From a virus (taxonomy: Duplodnaviria > Caudoviricetes), in the IMG/VR virus record IMGVR_UViG_3300032335_000224, positions 1 to 33,578 of that record: a stretch of DNA of 33,578 bases; one strand, 5' to 3'. The notes beneath the pieces are model-generated. The model was not told where the DNA came from, ran no database searches, and was given only the letters and a program-made list of their open reading frames with translations. The stretch's first letter is position 1, and each line of letters starts with the position of its first letter. Below are positions 1 to 8,989 of the stretch, piece after piece. Both the position numbers and the translations under genes were made by a program.

Positions 1-123
1 AAGTGAATTAGGGGATGAATATGATAATTTTATAATGTATTGGACAGAACCAAATAAAAATGGTAAATTACGTTATGAATTAGAAAAGTTTTTTGATATT
101 AAACGCCGAGTTAATACCTGGCT
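1..123. repeat. Terminal direct repeat, copy 1 (circular overlap)
   Basis: 1-123 (AAGTGAATTAGGGG...TTAATACCTGGCT) is identical to 33456-33578. Confidence 0.97.
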
Positions 124-220
124 ACAAAATAAAAATAAATATGGAAATTCAAAAGATACTGACGCAACCGCTGCAAGTCGCAAACGAATGGACGACCTTG
201 CAAAGTGGATTAATCGCTAA
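2..220 (+). CDS. Replication initiator, 3' part (continuation of 33010)
   Basis: FIMYWTEPNKNGKLRYELEKFFDIKRRVNTW C-terminal domain; same frame after circularisation. Confidence 0.85.
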   Translation, partial: SELGDEYDNFIMYWTEPNKNGKLRYELEKFFDIKRRVNTWLQNKNKYGNSKDTDATAASRKRMDDLAKWINR

Positions 221-884
221 AGAAGATTTGCCAATTATAGAAGCCTTTAAAGGTGATAAGTTAAATCTGATTAGTCCTGTAACGCTTCGGGAAAATTTAG
301 CCTATATTTTTACTTTAATCGGATTAACGCGATTACCTGATAAAATTGAATTAGAAGTAATTGAAGATTTTATACGATCAACTTATCCTTTTTTTACAAT
401 ACAAGAAATGCGCATAGCTTTTAAGATGGCAGTTCAAGGTAAATTTGATTGCAATATTGAGCATTACGAAAAATTTAGCCCTAAGTATATATCAGGAATA
501 ATGAATGCATACAAATCAAAAGCTAATCAAGTGCGTAAAAATATCCCGCCACCACCAGAGCAACCTGTAAAACAATTAACAGAACAGGAAATAGTTGATT
601 TTACAAAACAAGATTGGTTAAATGGCAAGCGTCAAGATTTTAATAGGGTATTTAATGCTGATAAGGTTTTTAAGATTCTTTTAAAACAAGGGAAGTTATC
701 ATTTACACAGGATCAGATATTAGAAACAATAAGAGTAGTTAGAGAAGATAACTTATACAGGCTAAATAAAATGCATCCTTTAGACGCAAAAAAGTTTAGC
801 CAGGAAATAAGAAAAGAGGATTTTATTGAATTACAATGTAAAAAATTAGCACTTGTCAAATACTTTGAGGGTTTTCCAGGTTAA
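141..884 (+). CDS. Putative replication accessory / helicase-loader-like protein
   Basis: ATG 141 after A-rich leader, overlaps initiator 3' end; lambda O-P-like position; function inferred from synteny only. Confidence 0.45.
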   Translation: MEIQKILTQPLQVANEWTTLQSGLIAKEDLPIIEAFKGDKLNLISPVTLRENLAYIFTLIGLTRLPDKIELEVIEDFIRSTYPFFTIQEMRIAFKMAVQGKFDCNIEHYEKFSPKYISGIMNAYKSKANQVRKNIPPPPEQPVKQLTEQEIVDFTKQDWLNGKRQDFNRVFNADKVFKILLKQGKLSFTQDQILETIRVVREDNLYRLNKMHPLDAKKFSQEIRKEDFIELQCKKLALVKYFEGFPG

Positions 885-1035
885 ATATACTTATTGTGGT
901 AGCCTTAAATATTGTTATACAATTAATTTTTTTGATTGCTATCCTACAAGACAGGATGCTATTAATAATACAAATAGGCTTAAATTTAAAAAACAATTTT
1001 ACGAATTACTATGGACATATCGGCAAACGACCTAA
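865..1035 (+). CDS. Small hypothetical protein
   Basis: Fills gap between two genes, TTG start (MRVFQVKY), T-rich third codon positions. Confidence 0.45.
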   Translation: MRVFQVKYTYCGSLKYCYTINFFDCYPTRQDAINNTNRLKFKKQFYELLWTYRQTT

Positions 1036-1325
1036 CAAAATGGGCTAAAAAAAACCTTGAATATGCGGGATTCAGGTTAAATAGAGTAAATAATATTCCA
1101 TACGGAAAGCGTAAAGGAACGATACAAAAGGGATGGGCTGATCTGCAAGGTTATAGCGATAAAGGTATTTATGCAGCTATTGAAGTTAAAAAAATAGGGG
1201 ATAAATTAAGCCTGGAACAAAGGGAACGATTAAAAGATATTTACGAATGTGGTGGAATAGTTTATATTTGTACTGAAATAGAAAGCAAACCCGCATTAGT
1301 TGAATGGTCAAAAATGAAATTTTAG
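1011..1325 (+). CDS. VRR-NUC (PD-(D/E)XK) nuclease, Holliday-junction resolvase-like
   Basis: KGWADL...AIEVKK...KLSLEQRE motif pattern. Confidence 0.85.
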   Translation: MDISANDLTKWAKKNLEYAGFRLNRVNNIPYGKRKGTIQKGWADLQGYSDKGIYAAIEVKKIGDKLSLEQRERLKDIYECGGIVYICTEIESKPALVEWSKMKF

Positions 1326-1789
1326 CGCAGTATTGGACTTCAAAAGAAGTTAACGACGCATTTGACAAGATGCATCCAGAGGAATTGCGCTATGATTTAA
1401 AGGCAGAAGTTTTTTTAGTTCTTTGCGAAATGGAAAATGATAAGTTAGTAGGTATGTTTGAAAGGAATGAGTTAAAATTTTATATAGTTAGGATTATGCT
1501 CAATATGATTAAAAGCGACCGAAGTACTTTCTATAAGAATTACAGAAATTACACGGAGTTTGTGGATCAGGATTTTGTTTCAGATGAATACGATAAAAGT
1601 ATGTTTGAAAAGTTAGAAGCAAATATGGAAGGCTTACATTGGTATAACAAAGAAATTTTAAAATTGTATGCTATTGACTTTAAAAAAAACGCTAAAGAAT
1701 TAAGCCGTAAAACAGGCATACCATATATGTCAATCATACGGACGATAAATAAAACCAAAAAACAAATGAAAACAAATATTAGAAAATGA
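1304..1789 (+). CDS. Phage ECF-like RNA polymerase sigma factor
   Basis: Region-2-like DLKAEVFLVL...LKFYIVRIMLN; region-4 HTH KEILKLY...AKELSRKTGIPYMSIIRTINKTK; 161 aa. Confidence 0.75.
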   Translation: MVKNEILAQYWTSKEVNDAFDKMHPEELRYDLKAEVFLVLCEMENDKLVGMFERNELKFYIVRIMLNMIKSDRSTFYKNYRNYTEFVDQDFVSDEYDKSMFEKLEANMEGLHWYNKEILKLYAIDFKKNAKELSRKTGIPYMSIIRTINKTKKQMKTNIRK

Positions 1790-2025
1790 TTTTATCAATT
1801 ATAACTGCTATCTGTGCATCATTATTTTTTATTGAGATTCATAACCTACAACATAAATGGCGAATTAATTTCAAGCCCTTTAATTGTGGAAGTTGCTTGG
1901 CTGCATGGCTTGCGCCAATACACTATTTCCTGCCTGAATTAATCCAGAATATTACAAGTACAATGTTTATAGCAGGATTCTTAGCCCCAATAATAACAAA
2001 ATTAATGTGGTCTTTATGGAAATAA
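1786..2025 (+). CDS. Small membrane protein with CxxC (KPFNCGSCLAAW)
   Basis: Hydrophobic segments; ATGA overlap with sigma gene. Confidence 0.7.
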   Translation: MILSIITAICASLFFIEIHNLQHKWRINFKPFNCGSCLAAWLAPIHYFLPELIQNITSTMFIAGFLAPIITKLMWSLWK

Positions 2026-2237
2026 AACAAGAGCATAGGGAATGGCTTATAGCTAACATAAACAATTATGAATGTGCTAAAAACGGATACATAAGAAATC
2101 TTGAATTAGATGACTTAAAAATGTACGAACATATTTACAGAACGTATTTAGATCCTAATTTTATCGTATCAGTATGGTGCGGAGCTTGTAAGTTTGAAAT
2201 GGTTATGCGATTATATCAATGGTTTGAAAAACAATAA
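2016..2237 (+). CDS. Hypothetical protein with CGAC motif
   Basis: Coupled ORF, ATG 2016. Confidence 0.65.
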   Translation: MEIKQEHREWLIANINNYECAKNGYIRNLELDDLKMYEHIYRTYLDPNFIVSVWCGACKFEMVMRLYQWFEKQ

Positions 2238-2238
2238 T

Positions 2239-2724
2239 ATGGCAAATTTTATACATCCAACGGCAATTATAGGCGATAACGTTATCTTAGGCGATAACAA
2301 TTATATTGGGGCTTATTGTATTATAGGCGATCCCGCAGAACACAAAAAGTATTGGCTGCAACCAAAAGGCAAAGTAATTATTGGAAATGGAAATATGATT
2401 ACAGGCTTAGTTACTATTGACGCAGGAACAGAAGATATTACAACGATTGGAAACAATTGCTTTATAATGAAGCACGCGCATATCGGACACGATTGCCATA
2501 TTTGGGATAATGTTACGATAAGCTGCGGAGCAAAGATTGGCGGACATTCTGTTATTAAAGAATATTCAAACATTGGATTAAACGCAGTATTGCATCAATT
2601 TACAATTATTGAACAGGGTTGTATGGTTGGCGCAAGTGCTTTTTTTAAAGGAATATCACAAGAATTTAGTAAATACGCAGGCGTGCCTGCAAAATATCTT
2701 TCACCAAATATAATAAAAAAATGA
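2239..2724 (+). CDS. LpxA-like left-handed beta-helix acyl/acetyltransferase
   Basis: IHPTAII, hexapeptide repeats, HIGHDC, IGGHS, LHQF, GVPAK; lacks the LpxA C-terminal helical domain. Confidence 0.85.
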   Translation: MANFIHPTAIIGDNVILGDNNYIGAYCIIGDPAEHKKYWLQPKGKVIIGNGNMITGLVTIDAGTEDITTIGNNCFIMKHAHIGHDCHIWDNVTISCGAKIGGHSVIKEYSNIGLNAVLHQFTIIEQGCMVGASAFFKGISQEFSKYAGVPAKYLSPNIIKK

Positions 2725-3311
2725 ACGAATTTGACAAGTGGCGCGAACGCTACGACACAATGACAACTGATGAGCAAATAGCTTATCATAATGAATTAGA
2801 AGCACGTTATCCAGAACAGAATCATTACAACTATGATAATGTAAAAGAAGCGTTATTACTATGCACTAAACCAATAGTATTGGAGTTCGGCATCTGGAAA
2901 GGCGATTTAGCCAAACAAGCAATGCAAGACTTTAATATATCAGCCTGGTATGGTATAGAAATTTGCGAAGCTGCAATTCGTTCAACTAAATGCAAAGAAG
3001 TTAATTATATTTTGCCTACAAAATTTGATTGGTTTAAAGATAAAAGAACAATAGAAGCAGATCTTATTATAGCTACTCATTTTATTGAACATCTAAGCAA
3101 TGACCATTTTGAAGATTTAGCTAAATATTGCAAAGGAGTTAAATGTATTCATTTTGAATCCCCATTAACAAACGTAGGGAATGATTGGGATGGATATGTT
3201 GGTACACACAAATTAACAATAGGATGGAATAAGATAAATGAAATAATGCAAGTAAACGGATATAGTTTAATTATTGATAAACCAGAAAGCAAAACATATA
3301 TATTAAAATGA
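2721..3311 (+). CDS. Class I SAM-dependent methyltransferase
   Basis: VLEFGIWKGDLA (motif I), GIEICEAA, HFIEHL. Confidence 0.75.
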   Translation: MNEFDKWRERYDTMTTDEQIAYHNELEARYPEQNHYNYDNVKEALLLCTKPIVLEFGIWKGDLAKQAMQDFNISAWYGIEICEAAIRSTKCKEVNYILPTKFDWFKDKRTIEADLIIATHFIEHLSNDHFEDLAKYCKGVKCIHFESPLTNVGNDWDGYVGTHKLTIGWNKINEIMQVNGYSLIIDKPESKTYILK

Positions 3312-3982
3312 ATGTAGCCGTAATTTTATTAACCTTAAATAGAAACGATTTAACAAAGCGCGTGATTGATCAGAATTTTTTTAATTCTGGATATGATGCC
3401 GATTGTTTTTTAGTAGATAATGGTAGTAATCAAGTTCCTTATGATTTATTTAATTGGACAAATTGCAATGTAGGATATAAAAGAGGAATAGGCGCGGGAG
3501 TTAATGCAGGGCTTAAAATGACAAGGGGATATGATGGCGTATGCTTATTAGCAAATGATATATTGCTTCCACAGAATTGGTTGTCAAATTGGGTTATGTT
3601 TGCGCAACGTGTGTCAAAAACAGGCATTATTGGAATACATTGCGTTGAGGAATTGCCACCATTAGTTGATGGGATTCATAAAACCCACGTTCCTTTTGGC
3701 AATAATTTTATAACAAGGGAACTGATTGACACAATCGGAGGTTATAATACTGAATATGATCCGTATGGAATGCAGGACAGGGATTATGCAGAAAGGGCTG
3801 TAATTGCGGGATTTACTAATTATTATATTCCTGATTTAAGAAGCGAACATATCGGACACGACGTTGGGAATGGAACAGATTACAGGGCTATGAAGGATGC
3901 AAGCCTACAAAAGGCGCAGGCTATTTGGGAAAAATACCAACCTATATATCATACAGAAAAAAAAATTAGATGCGAATTTTAG
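3308..3982 (+). CDS. GT2-family (GT-A fold) glycosyltransferase
   Basis: VAVILLTLNR, LVDNGS, LLANDILL, TIGGYN..YGMQDRDY. Confidence 0.88.
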   Translation: MNVAVILLTLNRNDLTKRVIDQNFFNSGYDADCFLVDNGSNQVPYDLFNWTNCNVGYKRGIGAGVNAGLKMTRGYDGVCLLANDILLPQNWLSNWVMFAQRVSKTGIIGIHCVEELPPLVDGIHKTHVPFGNNFITRELIDTIGGYNTEYDPYGMQDRDYAERAVIAGFTNYYIPDLRSEHIGHDVGNGTDYRAMKDASLQKAQAIWEKYQPIYHTEKKIRCEF

Positions 3983-4971
3983 CAATAACGAGTAAGCAAA
4001 GCGGAGTAGGGTATCATAGAATAATGATGCCATTGGTTAATATGAAAAAAAATTATTGCTTGATTACGGATACGTTAAGCGAGGAAACATTTGAGGGTAA
4101 GTTTGATATTGTGGTTATGAATAGGATGCTTGCTAATATAAAGCCAGAGCAAATGATTGAATGGCGCAAAAAGTATGGCTTTAAATTGGTAGTTGATAAT
4201 GACGATTATTGGCATCTTGAACCTTCACATATACTTTATCAGATTTATATTTTAAAAAAGATACCAGAGCAGATTATAAATTGGATACAGATAGCAGACC
4301 TTTGTACTTGTACGCACGAACGATTAGCAGAGGAAATATACAAGCATAATACAAACATAGAAATATTGCCAAATGCCATTCCATACGGCGAGGAGCAATT
4401 TATTTTAGATAAAAAGCCTTCTAATCTTGTGAGGCTATTTTGGTCAGGATCAGGAACGCACGGAAGGGATTTGGAAATACTACGGAATCCAATGAAACGC
4501 ATAAACTTTCCTGTAAGAACAATCATAGCAGGGTATAATGAAGGGGAAAAACATATTTGGGATAATATGATTTGCGCCTTTACAAATGGTTTAAAGCTAA
4601 AGCCTACAATCTATAACTACAATCCTGTTACGGAATATATGGCGGCTTATTGTGATTCAGACATAAGCCTTATCCCTTTGGTGGATTCAAAGTTTAATTC
4701 AATGAAGTCCAATTTAAAAGTATTAGAAACGGCATCAAAGAAAAACCCTGCTATCGTAAGCAACGTACATCCTTACAAGGGCTTTTATCCCGCGTGCCAC
4801 GTCAATAGCCAAAAGGATTGGTATTATTGGATTAAACTATTAACCCACGATCAGGCAGCAAGAAAGCAGTACGGCAATGACCTTTATGAGTATTGCAATA
4901 AGAACTACAACTTACACGAAGTAAATAAGCAGAGGTTTGCTATTTATAGTAAATTGATAGGAAATGCTTAG
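3970..4971 (+). CDS. GT-B fold (GT4-like) glycosyltransferase
   Basis: GVGYHRIMMP, VDNDD, ILPNAI, WSGSGTH, DISLIPL...FN..KSNLKVLE...PAIVSNV. Confidence 0.82.
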   Translation: MRILAITSKQSGVGYHRIMMPLVNMKKNYCLITDTLSEETFEGKFDIVVMNRMLANIKPEQMIEWRKKYGFKLVVDNDDYWHLEPSHILYQIYILKKIPEQIINWIQIADLCTCTHERLAEEIYKHNTNIEILPNAIPYGEEQFILDKKPSNLVRLFWSGSGTHGRDLEILRNPMKRINFPVRTIIAGYNEGEKHIWDNMICAFTNGLKLKPTIYNYNPVTEYMAAYCDSDISLIPLVDSKFNSMKSNLKVLETASKKNPAIVSNVHPYKGFYPACHVNSQKDWYYWIKLLTHDQAARKQYGNDLYEYCNKNYNLHEVNKQRFAIYSKLIGNA

Positions 4972-5488
4972 TTATACACAATTAGATAAAAATGGGATAC
5001 TAAGATCATTTGCTGAATTTGAATGTATTGATTGTCAATGTATTACTATTCAAAGATTAGATGAAGTAAAAAGAAGGGGACAGTATTGTAAGACTTGTAA
5101 ATTATTGCAAAATAGTATAAAAGAATTTGAGGAAAAGGATCTTGAAATTATTTGTGCAAGGATATTAAAGTCAAAACTTAATAGAAGATATAATAAAAGA
5201 GGTTTAAAATGCACATTATCAGGAATAGAAATATTAAATTTAGTTAAATCTAAATGTCATTATTGCGGCGATAAAAATTCAAATCACTATAAATATAGAC
5301 AACCAAATTTTGAGTATGATTTTTATTATAATGGAATAGATAGGATTGATAGTTCGCTTGGATATATTCAAGGCAATGTAGTTACCTGTTGCAAAACTTG
5401 TAATGTTGCTAAAATGGATATGAATTATTATGATTTTATAAATCATATTGTTAAAATATATAAAAATTTAAGAAATGCCCGTAACTAA
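4964..5488 (+). CDS. Free-standing HNH (His-Me finger) homing-type endonuclease
   Basis: CHYCG...NGIDRIDSSLGY..GNVVTCCKTCNVAK; N-terminal CxxC pairs. Confidence 0.8.
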   Translation: MLSYTQLDKNGILRSFAEFECIDCQCITIQRLDEVKRRGQYCKTCKLLQNSIKEFEEKDLEIICARILKSKLNRRYNKRGLKCTLSGIEILNLVKSKCHYCGDKNSNHYKYRQPNFEYDFYYNGIDRIDSSLGYIQGNVVTCCKTCNVAKMDMNYYDFINHIVKIYKNLRNARN

Positions 5489-5900
5489 ATGTTCATCAAA
5501 CGGAAAATATAGAATTGGATCAGGTGCTTGTATATACGATACAGAGGAAAAGGCGCAAAGCGTATGGGCTGCAATTCGTGTATCAATGGTTGATAGTTAC
5601 AAAGATTATCCACAAGCCGCAAGAGTAAACGCGCAAAGAGCAATAAATATAAGGGATCAATACGATCGTAAATGTGGAACGTCTGTTGGTTGGGCGCGTG
5701 CTAATCAATTAGCTAAAGGCGAAAATATTACAAGGGATACAATAGCAAGAATGGCAAGTTTTGAAAGGCACAGGGAAAATAGCAAGGGCGATCCTAAAAA
5801 TGATTGCGGTGCGCTTATGTGGTTAGCTTGGGGCGGCGACGAGGGCGTTGCTTGGGCGCAAAGGAAACTTGAACAAATTGATAATGAAAAAGCACGTTAA
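5475..5900 (+). CDS. Conserved phage protein (head-morphogenesis-associated domain)
   Basis: SYKDYP...CGTSVGWARANQLAKGE..TIARMASF.RH...WLAWGGDEG pattern recognised from phage head modules. Confidence 0.55.
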   Translation: MPVTKCSSNGKYRIGSGACIYDTEEKAQSVWAAIRVSMVDSYKDYPQAARVNAQRAINIRDQYDRKCGTSVGWARANQLAKGENITRDTIARMASFERHRENSKGDPKNDCGALMWLAWGGDEGVAWAQRKLEQIDNEKAR

Positions 5901-6141
5901 AATATACCTTGATTATTTCGGTTACGGAATAGAGGACTTTATACCTTGTGAGGCTTGCGGATCTAAAGCAGTTGACATTCATCACATAGACGCAAGGGGA
6001 ATGGGCGGATCTAAAAAGGGAGACACGATTGAAAACTTACAGGCATTATGTAGGCAATGCCACGTTGTAATGGGGGATACAAAGACGCACTATGATTATT
6101 TAAAAGACATACACAATAAAAAAATAGATGGCAAAGGTTAA
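5884..6141 (+). CDS. HNH endonuclease (terminase-associated type)
   Basis: CEACG..AVDIHHI..RGMGG..DTIENLQALCRQCH; upstream of terminase. Confidence 0.85.
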   Translation: MKKHVKIYLDYFGYGIEDFIPCEACGSKAVDIHHIDARGMGGSKKGDTIENLQALCRQCHVVMGDTKTHYDYLKDIHNKKIDGKG

Positions 6142-6250
6142 AAGTGATTCAAAAAAGGTTAATTTTGGCAAAAGAAAACGCGGACACGCTAAAAAATCCT
6201 ATAATAAACATAGCCAAAGACCAAAAGCATACAGAGGTCAGGGCAGGTAA
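6128..6250 (+). CDS. 40-aa highly basic peptide ending YRGQGR
   Basis: Not in ORF track: MAKVKSDSKKVNFGKRKRGHAKKSYNKHSQRPKAYRGQGR; fills gap between HNH and MTase genes. Confidence 0.7.
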   Translation: MAKVKSDSKKVNFGKRKRGHAKKSYNKHSQRPKAYRGQGR

Positions 6251-6261
6251 ATAAAAAACCT

Positions 6262-7443
6262 ATGATAAAAAAAGTAAAGATTACGGAAGTAATTGCTAAC
6301 CCTAACAATCCCCGTTTAATTAAAGATGACAAGTTTAAAAAATTAGTAAAGTCAATACAAGACTTTCCTGATATGTTAAACGTCCGCCCTATTGTAGTCA
6401 ATAAGGATATGGTTGTACTTGGCGGAAATATGCGCTTAAAGGCAATTAAGGAAGCAGGGCATACAGAGGTCGCAGTTGAAATAGTTGATTGGAACGAGCA
6501 GCAGCAAAAAGAATTTATTGTAAAAGATAATGTAGGATATGGCGAATGGGATTGGGATGATTTAGCAAACAATTGGGATGCAGAGGAATTAACAGAATGG
6601 GGTCTTGATATTCCAGACTTTGCAATAAAAAACGCAGATGCATCCGAAGATGACTTTGATGTGCCTGTAGGTGGTAGCGAAACCGATATTGTTTTAGGCG
6701 ATATCTTTGAAATAGGACAACATAAACTTTTATGCGGCTCATCTACCGAAACTGACAATTGGGGTAAAATATTCGGCTCGGAGTACGCAGATATGGTAGT
6801 AACTGACCCCCCATACAACGTAGCTTACACAGGAAAGACAAAAGATGCCCTAACTATACAAAATGATAGTATGAAGGATGGCGACTTTTACCAATTCTTG
6901 TATGATTTTTACACGGCTCTTGGTTCATATACAAAAGCTGGGGGTTCTTGGTATGTTTGGCACGCTGATAGTGAAGGAGCAAACTTTAGAAAAGCAATGG
7001 CAGATTCTGGAATAATGGTAAAGCAATGCTTAATATGGGTTAAAAATTCTATGGTTATGGGAAGGCAAGATTATCAATGGAAGCACGAACCTTGTCTTTA
7101 CGGATGGAAAGAAGGGGCATCGCATAGCTGGTATTCTGATAGGAAACAAACAACAATATTAGAATTTCAAAGACCAAGCAGAAATGCAGAGCATCCTACA
7201 ATGAAACCTGTAGAACTAATCGCTTATCAAATAACAAATAGTTCTAAAACAGGAGACTTAGTAGCAGATGGATTTTTAGGAAGTGGAACTACAATGGTAG
7301 CAGCACATCAATTAGGTCGCAAATGTTATGGAACAGAACTTGATCCTAAATACTGTCAAGTGATTATAGATAGGATGCAAAAACTTGATCCGACTTTAGA
7401 AATAAAGAAAAACGGACAAGCGTATATAAAAACAGAACAATAA
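6262..7443 (+). CDS. ParB-like N-domain fused to beta-class N6-A/N4-C DNA methyltransferase
   Basis: NPNNPR...RPIVV..VLGGNMRLKA (ParB); TDPPY, HPTMKP, DGFLGSGTT, GTELDPKY. Confidence 0.92.
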   Translation: MIKKVKITEVIANPNNPRLIKDDKFKKLVKSIQDFPDMLNVRPIVVNKDMVVLGGNMRLKAIKEAGHTEVAVEIVDWNEQQQKEFIVKDNVGYGEWDWDDLANNWDAEELTEWGLDIPDFAIKNADASEDDFDVPVGGSETDIVLGDIFEIGQHKLLCGSSTETDNWGKIFGSEYADMVVTDPPYNVAYTGKTKDALTIQNDSMKDGDFYQFLYDFYTALGSYTKAGGSWYVWHADSEGANFRKAMADSGIMVKQCLIWVKNSMVMGRQDYQWKHEPCLYGWKEGASHSWYSDRKQTTILEFQRPSRNAEHPTMKPVELIAYQITNSSKTGDLVADGFLGSGTTMVAAHQLGRKCYGTELDPKYCQVIIDRMQKLDPTLEIKKNGQAYIKTEQ

Positions 7444-7447
7444 CAGA

Positions 7448-7807
7448 ATGAGCAAAGAACATTTAATACCATTTAAGCCAGGCGAATCAGGTAACCCAAA
7501 CGGACGCCCGCGTAAATACGTTAGCCTACTTAAAGAACAAGGTTATAAGCTAAGCGAAATAAACGACACGATCCAGGTGATGATGTCAATGGATATGGAG
7601 GAGCTAAAAAAGGTTTGGGATAATCCAAAGGCTACGATATTAGAAAAGACTATTGCCGCAGCTATGCGTAAGTCTTTAGAAAAGGGTAGCCTATATTCTT
7701 TAGATACTTTGCTAACCCGAGTATATGGCAAGCCAAAGGAACAAATGGATATTCAGCAAGATACGAGGATTGAGGTTGTATTTGTTGAAGGCAAAACTAT
7801 TTTATAG
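7448..7807 (+). CDS. terS: Terminase small subunit
   Basis: FKPGESGNPNGRP motif; directly upstream of terL. Confidence 0.72.
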   Translation: MSKEHLIPFKPGESGNPNGRPRKYVSLLKEQGYKLSEINDTIQVMMSMDMEELKKVWDNPKATILEKTIAAAMRKSLEKGSLYSLDTLLTRVYGKPKEQMDIQQDTRIEVVFVEGKTIL

Positions 7808-8958
7808 TGCGCATAGAATTACCAAATCCGCATATAAACCAAAAGAAGATATTAGAATGCGACAAGCGTTTTATTGTTGTTATGTGCGGAAGGCGTTTCG
7901 GTAAATCAGAACTATCACAGATACTTGCAATTAGCGAAGCAATCAAAGGCGGTCAAGTTGCATACATAACCCCAACGTATAAATTGGCTAAGGCATTTTT
8001 TGAAAGGCTTACGGCAGCACTTCCATTTAAAAATAATATCAGCAATTTAAAGATATATTGCCCTAATAACGGATCAATTGAATTTTATACAGGGGAACGA
8101 TTAGACAATTTAAGAGGTCGCAAATTTAATTTAGTTATCATAGATGAGGCGGCATTTATCCCTGACTTAGAATCAGGATGGCAGAATAGCATACGCCCAA
8201 CGCTTACCGATTATCAAGGTAAGGCGGTATTCCTATCAACGCCCAGAGGCAAGAACTTCTTTTACTCAATGTTTATGAAACAGGGCGAGAATGATTGGCA
8301 GTCTTTTAAATTCAGCACCTATGATAATCCATATATCAATACAAGGGAAATAGACGAGGCACGATTGCAATTGCCAGAGGTTGTATTTGAGCAGGAATAC
8401 CTTGCAAACCCTTCCGAGAATAGCGCCAACCCTTTTGGCAATGGCTTTATTCAAAGATGTATTAAACCAATATCAGCGCAGCAAATCGTGGCTTATGGGA
8501 TTGATCTTGCTAAGTCTGTTGACTTTACTGTTATCATAGGGCTTGATAATGGGGGTAACGTGGCTTATTTTGACCGCTTTCAAATGGATTGGCATAATAC
8601 TAAGGCAAACATTAAAAGGCTTCCTATTGCGCCTATATTAGCAGATAGCACGGGCGTTGGCGATCCTATCCTTGAAGATTTAATTAGGGAAGGGGTAAAC
8701 ATAGAAGGCTTAAAGTTTACAAGTCAATCAAAGCAACAATTAATGGAGGGCTTGGCACAGGCAATTCAACAGAATAAAATAGGCTATCCGCAAGGGGTTA
8801 TCGTTGATGAATTGGATATATTTGAATATCAGTTTACGGCTAATGGCGTAAGGTATTCTGCGCCTTCGGGATTCCACGACGATTGCGTTATGGCATTGGC
8901 TTTAGCCTGGCAGAACTTTAACTATAAAAGGGGATCAGGGCGTTACGCCTTTGCTTAA
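7807..8958 (+). CDS. terL: Terminase large subunit
   Basis: Walker A CGRRFGKS, Walker B VIIDEAA, STPRG, nuclease GIDLAKSVDFT and HDDCVMA. Confidence 0.96.
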   Translation: MRIELPNPHINQKKILECDKRFIVVMCGRRFGKSELSQILAISEAIKGGQVAYITPTYKLAKAFFERLTAALPFKNNISNLKIYCPNNGSIEFYTGERLDNLRGRKFNLVIIDEAAFIPDLESGWQNSIRPTLTDYQGKAVFLSTPRGKNFFYSMFMKQGENDWQSFKFSTYDNPYINTREIDEARLQLPEVVFEQEYLANPSENSANPFGNGFIQRCIKPISAQQIVAYGIDLAKSVDFTVIIGLDNGGNVAYFDRFQMDWHNTKANIKRLPIAPILADSTGVGDPILEDLIREGVNIEGLKFTSQSKQQLMEGLAQAIQQNKIGYPQGVIVDELDIFEYQFTANGVRYSAPSGFHDDCVMALALAWQNFNYKRGSGRYAFA

Positions 8959-8989
8959 TTACCGCTTATCCTTTATATTTACCGCTTAT
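8959..8989. repeat. Direct repeat TTACCGCTTAT x2, 20-bp period
   Basis: 8959-8969 and 8979-8989, upstream of the early promoter. Confidence 0.8.

Noticed and set aside
1-123. Terminal repeat as a biological DTR
   Set aside because: It falls mid-gene and its length fits an assembler overlap; it indicates circularity, not physical genome ends
869-1048. Slippery G GGT TTT near the end of ORF 141-884 with an open, hydrophobic -1 frame
   Set aside because: The hydrophobicity is the expected shadow of T-ending codons in the overlapping 865-1035 ORF; no independent support for a frameshift
2479-3861. Identical 14-mer CATATCGGACACGA (HIGHD) in the acyltransferase (2479-2492) and GT2 (3848-3861)
   Set aside because: A single 14-bp match in 33 kb is compatible with chance; no flanking similarity
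6262-6600. ParB domain as evidence of a plasmid-prophage partition system
   Set aside because: No ParA or parS array; ParB-MTase fusions next to terminase are common in phages
6189-6818. 209-aa minus-strand ORF, and all other minus-strand ORFs in the track
   Set aside because: Antisense shadows of well-supported + strand genes, with no recognisable motifs
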